A DNA stretch of 63,495 bases, filler included, from Rhabdomonas costata (taxonomy: Eukaryota), in NCBI GenBank assembly GCA_019059605.1. It is 24 parts of 24 records of this genome, joined end to end, with 100 filler letters (N's around TTAATTAATTAA, not from the genome) between each part and the next. Parts side by side here need not be neighbours in the genome. Positions count along the whole stretch, not along the records: positions 1 to 2,552 come from JAHMHO010002901.1; positions 2,653 to 5,204 come from JAHMHO010002902.1; positions 5,305 to 7,856 come from JAHMHO010002903.1; positions 7,957 to 10,507 come from JAHMHO010002904.1; positions 10,608 to 13,158 come from JAHMHO010002905.1; 19 more parts are not named here. The stretch is one strand, 5' to 3'. Positions 1 to 13,141 of this stretch are shown one piece after another. The notes under the pieces are model-generated. The model searched no databases and had not been told where the DNA came from. It was given only the letters and a program-made list of their open reading frames with translations. A program made the position numbers and the translations under genes. Positions within the stretch are counted from its first letter, which is position 1. Each line of letters starts with the position of its first letter.

Positions 1-938
1 AGCAGCAAAACCTGAAGCTGCAGCAGAACTCAGGCGAACTCAGTTGGGCGTAGGCGACGTCTTCAAAAATATCCGAGTGCTGTATAAAAATGTAGCATGA
101 ACTTTCTGAAGAACATCGGTGGCTTTTATTAAAATCTTTTAATGCAGTAATAAAAATTTAAACTCTTTACGACATTATTTGTTCGAATTCTGCGGATTCC
201 GGGCATCTGCTGAGCTAAAGGATGTGAACATCTCAGACTCTTCTTTTGAGAAGGGAGATCAAAGGTAGAAGATTATAGATGAATGAGTCCACCTCCCATT
301 AGATGCCTCGGTAAAACTCTGGATGGAGACGGTCTCCCAAGGACAATTGCCTTATACCTGTGAACGAATATCATTTTCCAAAAATAAACTAAAAAATCAG
401 GACAGAGGGATCGGCTGAAGCATCCGAGGCCTTTGCATTCAGTGGCCTCCTGAAACGCCGTGTTGCTGGAAGATTTTTTTTACTGATTAGGGGTTTGCTG
501 ACCTTCCTTCACCCGCGAAAAACACCTTCCGCTCACTGAACTTGACAGAGAGGGTGAGGCGTATCAACACTGGATGGGACAACACGGCTCCCCTTGACAG
601 GGCTGTAAAGAACCCTGGTTACCCCTGATTTTCGCCCTTCATCCTGTGGTTTTTCTGACGAATACGAAATTTTCAATGTAGAACTGGTTTCTGTGCCTTT
701 GCCGCAGTGTCGAGATGTTGCAAATGTATTTTAAAAGCTTCCTAAAAGGAGGGTCATCGTCAAAAGACCAGGGGTTTGTTTTCTATTTACAAGCCCTGCC
801 CCCTGGAGGCATGGAAAAAGGCAGCTCTGAGCTCTGAAGAAGGGAAACACGGGACTCCCAACATCAGCCTTGTAATAGGGTTTGCTCCGGTTTTCTGTCA
901 CACATTCAGGTACTATAATTGAGCAGGCCTCGCAGCAG

Positions 939-1917
939 GTTCAGCTCAAGTTTCCCGAAAAGGATGGCAACGAGGTTTCGTTTCGCCCCTTTTTTTGTGC
1001 CCAGCAGTACGTTTTCCTTCGTTGTCCCGTTTACAGCGTTCTCCTCTTGCTCAGTTGCTTCAGATTGACCTCGAAGGATTGCCTCACACAGAGTTGCTGG
1101 ATGTCGCCTTCAAGCAGCGGCAGCTGATAAATGAATTTGCTGAAGAACGAAAGGTGTGGGTTTCTGCTTTCGTACAAATGAGTTTTTCAGCAATCATTCC
1201 CACACACAACTTTTCATGTTCAAAATTCTCTCTTGTTTTTGCTTGCTCTTTACTCTCAGAAATTGATTTCAGGTGTGTCGCTGACCTTTCATCCTCCCAG
1301 TGCACAGTCGTCACCTTAAAAGTGGTCGCACGTGCACGTTTAGTGGCGCCGTTTGGGTCTATTGGGCGTGCTTTCTGTCAGGTTTTTCCGGCCGTTTCGT
1401 TTTGGCCCCTCTTTCCATGCTTTTGTCCTTTTTCCATGCAAGGTACGTTGCTTACGTTGTACTACCTTACCACACTTCTGGCGTCTGACGGGGAGCGTTT
1501 CTAACGTCAAGCTTGAAGGAACTGTTGCTTGTTCTTTGTGACTATCTTCTGTTTTTATGTTTGCAATTCATGTCACCAGGCTTCGAACCAAACGGTTCTG
1601 ATGGTCAGACTCCCGACATTCTGCACAAGGACTCCCTCGCAACCACGGAGACACAGTGTGATTTTGAGCTTTTCGGTTTCATGGCTGAGTGATGAAACAC
1701 CATGCAATAATTCCGGTCTGATGACTTGTTGCTTTCAGGAAGTTTGGTGCCGAACCGGAAATCACCGTCGAAGTTCGGGTATATCACTGCTGCGGGTTTT
1801 GGTTGCCCAGCTTTGTGTACGTATGTGCACGTATGTGCGTTTTGCGACTTTCAATGGCAGGAGGTCATTCAGCTTCGAGCTAGGAACAACGACCTGTCTG
1901 CACAGCTTGAGACAGAG
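939..1917 (+). CDS. Multi-exon fragment of an unknown, probably coiled-coil protein
   Basis: AG/GT-bounded candidate exons: VQLKFPEKDGNE; RSPLAQLLQIDLEGLPHTELLDVAFKQRQLINEFAEERK (~1037-1153); EVIQLRARNNDLSAQLETE (1861-1917). No family motif recognised. Confidence 0.45.
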
Positions 1918-2552
1918 GTACGTTTGCGTCTTGAGTCTAGGTGGTGTCAATAATTGCATGCCGTCAGCTGTCGCCAGCTGTAACTATCACGGAAGCCACG
2001 GTAATGTCAGGTGTCGAGCAGCAGGGGGTGAAAATAACAAGCACAGCCTGCTGGCTCATCTCCAGGGAAAATAGGGGCCCACATCCCCCCAGTTTGGGAG
2101 AAAGCACCCGACAGCTGTTTGGCGACGGCCTTGCGAAGAGCTGCTGCCAGTCTCTGCCAAAATTCCTGCTGGAGTTGACCAGGACAGCTCGTCTCACCTT
2201 CCCTGTAAAGGGCTTCGCTTATCTCGAGAAAAGCTGCCCGATAAAGCGGGACCCTCTTGCCCATAGGCGCCAAAAGTCTCTACCCCAATTGGAATGGATT
2301 GGTTTCCCGCCGCGGCACAGGGTGCGTCGTGACAGGGGATAAATCACAGAGGAACGAGACAAAGTGAAAAGAAGCGAGGTAGGAGACCAAATCACGAGAG
2401 GACAATTAAATCACACCTTGGCAGACGAAAAAGGGTAACATCAATTTCGCCATCTGTAGATGGAAAAAACAGTGTACAATGTTACAAAACAATATACAAT
2501 GTTGGGGCAGCCGAAGTGCATTTCAAGGTGCCGTCAGGACCTATCCAACAAA

Positions 2553-2652
2553 NNNNNNNNNNNNNNNNNNNNNNNNNNNNNNNNNNNNNNNNNNNNTTAA
2601 TTAATTAANNNNNNNNNNNNNNNNNNNNNNNNNNNNNNNNNNNNNNNNNNNN
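2553..2652. other. Artificial contig linker (N44-TTAATTAATTAA-N44); first of 23, recurring about every 2.65 kb (5205, 7857, 10508 ... 60848)
   Basis: An identical 100-nt block with stops in all six frames separates unrelated contigs. Adjacency across a linker has no biological meaning. Confidence 0.99.
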
Positions 2653-4521
2653 GTGGTGTGTTATTCCTCAGTCGATTCCATTCCATTCCATTCCTCAGAT
2701 CCAAACTTGGTAGGCAGCGGCTTTTTCTCACTCCATGGCGAGTAGTCTAGGGTGCTTCCTTTTCTCACACGAATGAAGGAAAAAGTATACGAAAGAACTT
2801 CGACGGGCGCAGAGTGTAGGAATTATTTTAGCACTACTTGTATGCATACAAAGTAGTCAGATGAAAGAGGGATTCTTTCACACTTTAATGTCTTGCCTCT
2901 CCCCCCCCCAACCCACCTCCATAATTCGAATTTTTTCGCACGAGTCAACATGCGATGCCTCCCACAAACCCCGCGAGTGGGCTCGGAGGTGGGTCACGTG
3001 ATTTGTAAGGGACGCAATTGAAAGGTTCCCCTCATAGGCGGCCATAGAAATCCGAAAGACCATTGCATGTGGTTTTCGGGGGGAGGTGGGACACTCTCCT
3101 CACAACTGCTACAAAAATGGAGTTGTCGAAAAAGCTCAGGAGATGCGCTGGAAGTAAGGGGAAAGGGGATTTATCGTTGACTTCCTCCTGTAAAGTGACA
3201 GGCCCCACTGCCAGTGACTGGTGAATGCTTGTTGTGAATACAGGCTGATTTGTTTGTGCATGGGTCGAAGCGCATAACAGATAGCAAACGACAGCGCGGT
3301 GGTTGTGGGAAAGGCTATAATCTCTTTCTGGGACAATAACATGTGTGTAGGGGGCAGGTGTTTGTGAATGGGTGTAACAGGGTGCAGGCCACAGTTTGGA
3401 ACATTTATTTGTTAACCCACACGTCCTTGCGGTACACAGTATGATGAGTTAAACTGTTTGAGCTCTCCTCCTCCTCAATGTTCCCGACCCAAAGGCGCAG
3501 CCTACCTCAACGCCGACGAGGCTGCTGCCGGTATTGGACGGTGGAAGCTCTGCCTGAGGGGACGTGGAAGATTGCATTTCTGACACACGCTCACCCTACT
3601 GAAGGAATGTGACGGAGATAAAATCGGAAGAGCGGATTGGAACAAGGGGAAGACACAAAAGATAAAGTACAACATGCTTGAGCTGAAAACATCACAACAA
3701 TGTCAGTGGTCCTATTCTGCCCTGACTTCCGTTTTTTTAAACTGAATAACTGGATGGTTTGAAACGATTCACAGCAAGCCTTTTCGCAGCGAATTTACTG
3801 AGGAAGTTCAGTCTGCCCCAATTGTGGGCGGTGGGCGGGGGCAGTACCTGCAGAAAAACTTGCAGACATTGCAGAAAACCCGTCCCCTTACACGCCCAAA
3901 ATGTGAAGTTTCGCCTTTCTCACACTCTCCTCGCTACAAGGACAAACGTTTGTCTGTGTTGCCCACCCTCCCCCATCCCAATTGCCCACAGCCTGTACTG
4001 CTGACCTGCTGTTCTTCACTCTGTTGTGACGTGACGTGACGAAAAAAAATTGAATGAAGAAAACATGCGAGTTTCACAGACATATGCGCTTAAGGCACAC
4101 CTTGCATTTTACGCGGCATCTCTCACCCACCCTAGTGTTGCTTTCCTTCTGCTTCTTCTGGTTCTTTTTCCTTTGTTTTCTTTTTAAACTTTTTGCTGTT
4201 CTTCCACTTGGGGGAATTTCAGCAGCTCCTATCTGCACCAATGACCAGGGTTGGACCACTCGCTCTAATTTCGCCCAGAGATATCCCAAATGGGCTTCCT
4301 GGAACCGACGCCGGGTATGACAACTTAAGAGCAACAACATTCACAAAACATATAGAAACTCATCACTGCTTATCCTCCAATCCCCAGTACCCGAAAACGC
4401 CAGCAACTTCAAATCCATCGCTTGCGGATACCGGTACCGGACCCCAGAACGTCTGATTCTCCTTCTGCGTCCTTTTGATAAACCACATAGGGAGACAGAA
4501 TTCACCCCAAGAGACAGAATC

Positions 4522-4946
4522 TCAACTGTTTCCCTTCTCAGGGCTGGCAAGGGCGGCCAAGGACCCCGGGAGGGGCAGAGTAGGGCCCTCATCCTCCCAC
4601 TTGTGCTCGATCAGGAAGCTGGAGTTGGAAATCTCCTCCGCGCCTCCACTGCCGCGCACCCTCAGCTTGAGCTGATGCCACAGAGGGGACTGGTTGTCAT
4701 ACAGAGGGAGTCCCGCAGACCAGACCTGTCCCCGGGCCTTGGCCACGTGAACGGCGTGGTTGAAGGCAGGCCACACACACTGCCCGAGAGGAGGGGCAGC
4801 GCCCTCGCCAGAGGGCGACGTGGTGTTGCACAGCAGCTCACACACAGTGTGCTGCACTACGGTGCTCACCTCCAGAACCATCCCGGACAGCAGCACGGGT
4901 TCGTATACGAAGCAAGAGCGGCCGTCTGCAGAGCACAGCCAGAGTA
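4522..4946 (-). CDS. Probable exon of an unknown protein
   Basis: GC-rich open frame after a pyrimidine tract and CAG: DGRSCFVYEPVLLSGMVLEV...HKWEDEGP. The 3' boundary is uncertain. Confidence 0.4.
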
Positions 4947-6057
4947 CCAAAGCAAAGCATGGCAACAATTGACTGGGTGCAGTTCTGGGGTACAGACAAT
5001 GAAATGGAAGATAGAGTGTTTGCTGGTGCAGGAATCTTCGATATTTGTCCTCGGGGTAGCTCCATGTAAGGTAGCTCCAAGAAAGATAGGATCCATGGAA
5101 AAGAGCAAACAAGCCTACATTTGGTTTCGGTAACTGGGACAGTGTATAAGTGTATAATTTTCGAACTCCCAACAGCATCGTAAAAAGACCTCTTCCCACA
5201 AACANNNNNNNNNNNNNNNNNNNNNNNNNNNNNNNNNNNNNNNNNNNNTTAATTAATTAANNNNNNNNNNNNNNNNNNNNNNNNNNNNNNNNNNNNNNNN
5301 NNNNTTGTTGGTGGAAGTATTGTCCGCTCTCTCCCCACATACCTGCGGGGAGAGAGCGGACAATACTTCCAGCGGCGACCTTGAACATCATCTTTCGCCC
5401 GCCTACAAAGTCAAACGTCCGCAAAGGAAGTGGTTGTGACTCAGTGCTTTGAGGAATGGTGGCACTTTCGAGTTGAGTTGATGGCATGCTTCTGCGCTTC
5501 TGAGCCTTGATTGATTGAAAGACGGCGGAAATCTTTTTCACTTCCCCTTGGAAATTGCCTCTGACTGCCCGAATTCCAGGTGACATTCCAGGCAACGTGC
5601 ACCGCCGGCTGGAATGTGTTGCGACGCCTTTTGTGCAGCACTTGAGGCGGCAGAACGAATGCGTTTTCGGGATGACGGACTAGTACGATGAAGAAAAGTG
5701 GGTCTGTGCTTATTTTTTGAAATGTTTTGTGCTTTGAAAGGTCCTAGTGACGTTCCGCTGTGTTCGTTTGCTGTGTGAATAGCGGTAATTGTCATGGGAC
5801 CTTTCAATCACTATTTTGTTTTTCTACTAGTGCCAAGTTTCCAGACTCCCACTTCAAGAAAACACTCATCTGCCCACTCTGCCACATAGTATGACACAGT
5901 TTAGGCGCGTTTCGATTTCCAAAAAGCCCTACACGCTGTTATGCAACTGCCTTCTGGGAATTCCGCAGTGGACGTTCTTTAGATGCAGCCAAGGGATGCA
6001 TCAGAGGTTCCTCCCTCGCTCCTTCTCCCCAGGAAGCCCAAGCGAAAGAGTGAGCGC

Positions 6058-6874
6058 CTGGGCGGTCCAATCCGAAAGCTTGGCCTGCACGAACAGCAGG
6101 TCCTGCTCACAGGCCGTGCAGCACGTCGGCCGGCCCATCTCCACACAGACCACCGCGTACAGGCTACGCACCTCTAGCCCTGCGCGCGCGTCACACAAAC
6201 AGCACTCCGCGCCGACCTCACGATGAAACCGCTGCTTTTGGTGGAACCCTAGATGTAGCTCCGATAATGCGACGCTCCTTAGCAGACCACTCCCATAAAG
6301 ACACACACAGAGGTTGGCCGTAATTGGTATATTCGCACTAACAAGCCTCCTTGGCAAATCTGACCCAACTAAATATATCAATTAGATGGACGCTCTCAAT
6401 GGCAGGATGGTCATCGCGGCTGTGAGGGTAAGTGTACAAACTCGCCCAGGGATTTGCTGGGTTGCTTGAGCCACAACATCCCCTCCCTGACCCCACTCTT
6501 CCCGCTATTTCCGTCATCCCCTCTTTGCTCTTGGTTTCGTGTCTCTAAACGACCACTTCCCTGCTGATTCCTTCTGATTTCGATATGGGTTCAGCTTCAG
6601 CTTCTCACCTCCAACCCCCTGCCCCCTATGTCGTATGTCCTTCCCGTTTCTCCTTCTGTCTGCTCTCTTCTCTTCGAATTGCGTCTATCCTGCCCTTTTT
6701 GCCTTTTTCTGTGATTCTGACCAGCTTCAGGGGATGGGGGGTACCTTCGGGGAGGCGGTCCGCAAGCTCCCCCAGGAAGGCTGGCCCTGTGACTGTGCGG
6801 CACAGCACCTCCTCGGGGTGGTTCAAGCGCTTCGCCAGCTGGCTCTGCACGCACTTCGTCAGTAGCACACGATA
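6058..6874 (-). CDS. Two-exon fragment of an unknown protein (6874-6745, 6179-6058)
   Basis: Phase-consistent splice: YRVLLTKCVQSQLAKRLNHPEE...DRLPE-G-LEVRSLYAVVCVEMGRPTCCTACEQDLLFVQAKLSDWTAQ. The second exon ends at CAG|GC, a possible GC donor. Confidence 0.5.
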
Positions 6875-9480
6875 CTGTGCACAAAAGGACAGCAATGAAG
6901 TACTACGGGTGAGGACGTACGTGCAGCAAGGAGCCCGTGAGCCAGTGAGCAGGTCTTCTTCATGTCCCAAATCCATAGGAATGTTGACCTGTGTACAGGA
7001 CAGTCCGATGGCCAACTTAGGACATCTCGGCAGCATTTTACCGCACTCAAGCTTCATGCTTACCAACATGCGGGTGAAGTGCATCCAGCTGTTGTTGTTC
7101 GTATGTTCGAGTTCGATTGCGAGACTCCGCCTCCCAGCTTGCTCATTACGGCGCACACCACCCGTCCGCGAGGTGGCACCCGAAGGTCTATCAGTGGTGG
7201 CTCAGGGTTCCGCCAGTACCGGCGATATCGGTATGTACCAAACACCCGGTTTGATCAGCAAGCTCGTTCAATCCACCGCAACCTCTTCAATTGATGTTCA
7301 CAGCTATCTCCGTGGGCACACCCACGTTCATCACGTGCACAAGGCATGTTTTTGGTGGAGGTCTTTTCTGCCTCCAGCGGGATTTCAAATGCTCTCCCGC
7401 TGACGGGCCGCGTCTCGCGGAACGGATCACCCCTCTGCTGCTGGGGGGGGGGAGGTTCTTGGAAAAACTCAATGGCGCATTAAACCACGGTTCTACGTTG
7501 TAGAGAGCTCAAACCCTCTGGGCTCGCCCAGTCGGTCGGAGACCTCATTCGACTCTTCCACACACACATACGCAGACTTTAGGTGGGAAGAAATTTCACC
7601 AAAAGACAAAGAAGCAGCACAGGGTCGACAGCCTGCAGCAGGAGTACAGAAGTTCGGTTTCAGTGCGAAAACCAACACACACAAACACACATACACACAC
7701 AACCTCACTCACTCACTCACTAAAACTCACTCACTCACTCACAGAGAGAGCCACAGGCAGGCAGGCAGGCAGAAAAGAGAGAAAAGCCCATACGTCCAGG
7801 CTATTGGTCTCATTGAGGTGGTACAGGCTCAGCCACCGCAGGGAGCACCCCCCACCNNNNNNNNNNNNNNNNNNNNNNNNNNNNNNNNNNNNNNNNNNNN
7901 TTAATTAATTAANNNNNNNNNNNNNNNNNNNNNNNNNNNNNNNNNNNNNNNNNNNNTGTGTGTGGGAACAGCTCGAAGAGCTGGAGGGCATGGACTGAGT
8001 GGGAGGGGTGGGGGGAGCGTACAGTTGACAAGTAATGTGAGCTTTCGCGGCGTTTTCGTATTACTGCGGTTGTTGCGGCTGGCTTCGCTGACCTTATGAA
8101 CGGTTCTTCACAGAAGCGGTGGACTGTTGACGGGGGACACGTACACGGAGCAGTGAGGCGTGATATAGTGACCTGTTTCTGGCTTTTCATTGCTGATTTG
8201 CAGGGTGAAAGTTCGGTACGCTTGGGCTTAAGTCTTAAGCTTCGAGGTTGGGTTTGGGTTGTGAGCTCTGTTTGGTGAAGAAAGGCGATTAAGGCTGCTT
8301 GCTTGCTCGGATGGGTGGCTGTCTGGGCCTCGCGCGGCTCAGCAAGATGGCCCGCCTCCTCCCATCCAAATGAAGCCATGCACACCACACAAGAGTAAGC
8401 ATTCAATTAACCGCGGCAAAGCAGAAAATTCGGACTCACAATGGACATACATAATGACACTCCAGAGCGCCTTATCTGGTGGTTTACGCGTGCGACGTTG
8501 GCGGATGCGGAAATAAGCGTGAGCGGACGAACCTCTGTGGACTACCAAACAACCGCCAAACTAACCAGCGGAGATTTCCCCCAGGTCCGGACAGGCGTTG
8601 GGAGATTGGCCGGCTTAGGACGGGCCGTTTCCACTTCCGCCACATGGAGGCTCTCCTATCCGACTTAAGATTTAAGATGACGACCCTCAACAAGGAGTCG
8701 TCGCTATGACTTGAACTCTTAAATGCGCCACTCCCAGAGGGGTACAATAGAGTGATGATCAAGGAAGGGGAGTTCACTTTTGGGTCGGACTTTCCACACC
8801 GACGACTCCACAGGGAGCGGATTTTATCATTGAGTGATTTCCACGTCCCTTTGTATAAAAGTACCTAGTTGGCTATTGTTTGAAGAAAGGAGGCATGGGA
8901 AGGGTACCCGATGGGCTTGGGGGCTACCACTACTATTTGGGCCGTCGCCGTTGCTTGGCCCAATCGTGCGTCTTCCAGGGCAGGGCAAGGCCCATGGATT
9001 TCTCTCTCTCGAATCTTCCGTTCACATGTCCATGGGAAACCCTCCTGAAGTCTTTTGCCCACCGATCTTTAACGAAGCTGAAGTGGCTCATCACATGCAA
9101 TCCCAAACAAAATAGAAGTGCAATATCCATCTGCACAGGCATACTCGCAACCCGAGCAAAATTATTGCCTCATTTTTACTGGTATACCATGTGGATGTCA
9201 GTGCGGAGGTGGACCGCATTTATCACTCCGCGTTCACGTTGTTCGGATGCTTGGTGTGGATCCCAACTCCACTCCTTATTAATCTGTATGTGCAGTGGAC
9301 TGTTTTTCTCGCGATTTTTTTTTGGAGGTGTTGTCCGTTTTTCCGCTCACGCCTTCTCTGGGCGCTCATGCGGGTAGGGCAGTTCAGGAGGTGAGCCTCC
9401 TTGGCCAACCCCAACCCCCCCGGTGAAAGGGACTTCTCCGAAGCCAAAGGGCTTGGGCCCCGTGCCCATTTGTGCTTCAG

Positions 9481-9631
9481 ATGCGCATCTTCCGCCGGCG
9501 GAGGCACGGCATGGTCATCGCCACGCTGACCATCGCTACCTCCCTCCTATTTCTTTCCGCGACCATGCTGGTGCCGATCCGAGAGCGCCCGCGAAACATG
9601 TTCCGGGAGGACGTCGGGAGCCCTCTGCCGC
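9481..9631 (+). CDS. Candidate first exon of a type II membrane protein
   Basis: ttcag|ATG; MRIFRRRRHG followed by hydrophobic MVIATLTIATSLLFLSATMLV, then a GTATGG donor. Confidence 0.4.
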
Positions 9632-10607
9632 GTATGGTTAAGTGACGGCAGAGTGGGGGTGGAATGGAGACCATTCATTTCGATTCCTCTCCTTTTCCCT
9701 TCCAGTTCACTGCCCCACCCCTCTCGATTTCGGTTTGCCTTCCGTCTTTCAATTCCGATGCCCTTCAGAGCGGCAACCCGGTTTGTTTCTATTGTCACAA
9801 ATTTAGTGCCATAAAAGCAACCGATTCAACGGGGAGCTACGCAGTCCCGAAGTGACGATGTTCACATGGAAGGAAGAGGAAAGCCACAATATTTAACAGG
9901 TAAATTGCTGGAAACATGTTGTCAACCATTCACTTCACTGGAGGCATGCCCGCACATACGGGGGTGCCAAATGTACGCGGCGATATATCAGTGCAACAAG
10001 TTGTAACCGGCAAAGCAACACGCTCCAGCAGAGAACGGGAGCCGAGATGAAGAGAAAGACAGACAACCAAAGTACAAAAGTACAGGAGGAATCATTGGCA
10101 TGGGAGAAGCATTGTAGGGTGGGCGTCCGTGAGTCATTTGACAAAACGGGAAAAGGGACAAAACGGAGTGCCAAAGGAACGCGGCAAGAGCGCCGATTGT
10201 TTTCCTAGGAAACTACCACTTCAAACATTTCAGCAGCAGCGTCTCCAAAACAACGATCTTTTAATTTGTATGCACCCCCAGGTTGTCAAATTGGAGCACT
10301 CCACGCTAGATTTCAGTGATGCTGTGGAGCCCTCGAAATTCGGCCCAGGGATGTGCGACCTTGGCTCTTCAATGGTTCTTCAACTCTGTGAACGCCTGTT
10401 ACTTTTGCTTGGTACGCGGTCTCACTTACAGAGGATACTACGGACTCTCCCCCCGGCCTTTTGGGAGATCCCCTAGAGACGCCCTTCAGCTTCCTGGACA
10501 CAAAACCNNNNNNNNNNNNNNNNNNNNNNNNNNNNNNNNNNNNNNNNNNNNTTAATTAATTAANNNNNNNNNNNNNNNNNNNNNNNNNNNNNNNNNNNNN
10601 NNNNNNN

Positions 10608-10836
10608 TTTTGTTGGGGTACAAGCACAAGGAGCTCTTGCGCGCAATCACGCCGTCGTCAAAGTGGGCTTCCCACACGTATCCTGTGGAGGGGTTGGCTT
10701 GCAACACCACCACCAGCTCGTCGGTCTCCCCGAGCACAGTGGGATGAAAGCCCAGCTCATAACTTCGGCGATGGATGAGGCCTTGACAGCCGTGGAAAAG
10801 CACCCAAATAAGAAGGCCTATGGTGAGCAACCTCAT
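10608..10836 (-). CDS. Secreted chagasin-family (I42) cysteine peptidase inhibitor, 3'-truncated
   Basis: Signal peptide MRLLTIGLLIWVLFHGCQG and the family signature VVLQANPSTGYVW (L-x-x-NP[ST]TGY-x-W). Confidence 0.75.
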
Positions 10837-12143
10837 CCTTCGCAGAGAAAGTGCGCACGACTTTGCTCACGGACAAAAACAGTGGGTAAAGGTGGAGCTG
10901 TGAAAGAAGATTACTAGAAAGTTGCCTTTCTAAGTTTTCTAAACGAATATACATGGAATTAAGAGGGCAAAGCTAAAGCAGGCGCGGGGTCTTTTGTTTA
11001 TACCTGCAGTGATAACATCTTTTTATTCATTTATTTTTGCTCCTCGGACGAAATCACGGCACTGCGTCACAACAGCTCAGTTGCACAGACACAAAAAAAC
11101 ACAGGCAAAAGTGGAACGGAACGGGTTTGCAAAAGAAGGTAGTGGTTGGGGACCGAGCACACACGGCGAATGGGCCTGGCACTCCCGGCGGAACCGCTCA
11201 TCACAATATTCCCCCCAACATTCATTCTCTTTTTGACTTTCATTCCATTTGCTCTTGTCAACCATGGCCTGCCAGGCTAAGGAAGTCTCAACATCCTTAA
11301 AAGATGCGTTTTCTTGTGAATGGCGCGTGACCATGACTTTTGAACACTTTCGCTGTACTCAAATTCCAACGCCAACGCCGCGCAGCGTTTCAGGAGGCGA
11401 GAGGATAAAGCACTTGTCAACAGTCACTCCAGCATTTAAATGTCATCAGACCTCTGTCCCCCAAATCCAAAACACTCTATCATGCCGTGCACCCACCTCC
11501 CCAGAAGCTGAGTTTCTCTTCTCCCCGCCCGCACTGCGACCGATTGACCTCAGGTTCCGCCACCACAGACTCACTACGGGTGTTTGCTCGTTTCTCGTTC
11601 TTTCTTCTGCTCATCTCATCCAGCTTTCAGGCCATTTAGTTTGGCCAGTCATGCGTCACTTTGCTCGGAGTGGTTTCGACCATGAGCGCTGGCTGCTGAA
11701 TCGGGCCTTCGAGTGCAATTGGCCTTGGGAGTGAATCCCAGGTCTGCTGGCTGGTTGGCTGGTGTGGCCACCTGGTGTGCGAACTTGGGGGTAGCACCCA
11801 CAACAATAACAGCACACGACACAAGTAAAGAAATAAAAGCCAGCATTTGACCAATAGTCTTCCTTTTCTCTGCCACATAGGGTTCCAATCGCCGTCCTCC
11901 AATGCTGCCCCCACCCCTCCCTTCGATAAGGCAGAACGACAGAATAACAACCCCAATATACTTCAGTGTGCTCCTCCACCTAAGAGTGTGGGCACTGCCC
12001 TTTGGTCCCCCACACGAGGGGCTTACCCCTCCTACAGGAAGCCCAGTGGATGCGCAGGCATCGATGACTGACTGCCGCAGCAAAACTTCCCTGAAGACAC
12101 CAAGCACCAAGACATAGTGAACCTCCGGCAGCCACCAGAGTCT

Positions 12144-13141
12144 TCAGTCTGCTGCTGCCAGGTCCTGGGAGTTCTCCCCCTCGGACTCCGCAAAGCGGCT
12201 TCGCGGGGGGGGCTGCAGGGGTTGAGCCAGGCTGGACACGCCCACCCCCATGGGGGACTTGGGGTTGCGGGTGCGGTTGAGGCCCCCGAACTCCACCGCG
12301 AGCTGCTCCGGGGCAATGTGCTGCTCCAGCACAGGGCGCCACTTGGACTCCCCGCCCATGATGTGGATCTTTGCCACCGTCACCGGGTCCAGCCACGACC
12401 GGATCAGTCCCCTGGCATGCAGGGGGGGAAGGGAGGATCGAAGACACTGCAGGCGAGTCCCAACGGAAGAGATGCAAGCAAATAAATAAAAACAATTGCA
12501 AAACAATTCTTTTTAAGAATGTACATCTTCTCAGATATATTATTATTTACTCTCCCCTGGCAGGGGTGATGACCTGGTGGAAGTAGAGCCCACTGCTGTG
12601 AACTGGCACCCCGTTTGAGCGGGCATGCCCGTTGTTCGTGGCCTTACTGTCAGAACAAGTTGAGTTGGAGTTGTCGTCCCGCGCACACATTCCCGCTTCC
12701 AACACTCAGGTTTACTTCTTTGACTTAGGGACAGTTACTCCAGCCTGGGTTTATCCCTGAAAGTTCGCAAACTTCTCGGATGAAAGGTATGTTGACCCCG
12801 GGGGACGACCATCTTTTTAACCGAAGACCGTGAACTACACAAATATACCACAGTGCGGTGTTGGGCTTTTTTTTAGAGACACATCAAGCAGGGCTGTAAA
12901 GGGCCTTTCCCTGCGGGAATCACTGATAATTGCCAACCAGGTATTTTAATACGGCCTTGTCAGGAAAAGTAGCTGGCAAAAAACTTCACCACCCGGCACC
13001 TCACATCAGCAGCAGCAGCATCCACAAGCATCCACAGCATGCACGCCACGTACCAGGTGGCCGTGAAAATCAGAGGAGCATTCACCACAAAGTTGTATCC
13101 CAGCCGCTCCGGGTAGTGGGCGAGGTCCAACTCTGCCATGC
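12144..13141 (-). CDS. CRAL-TRIO/Sec14 lipid-binding protein, last two exons (13141-13054, 12411-12144)
   Basis: Spliced product: LAHYPERLGYNFVVNAPLIFTATW-GLIRSWLDPVTVAKIHI...IAPEQLAVEFGG. These are classic Sec14 motifs; the intron is GT-AG and the stop is TGA. Confidence 0.9.

Noticed and set aside
2597-2608. Regularly spaced TTAATTAATTAA as a CRISPR-like or biological repeat
   Set aside because: It is always embedded in N runs and is a six-frame-stop concatenation linker.
6585-7403. 272-aa plus-strand ORF
   Set aside because: It has no recognisable motifs and overlaps better-supported minus-strand exons.
8441-8870. Possible decayed retroelement ORF
   Set aside because: No RT, RNase H, integrase or endonuclease motif could be recognised.
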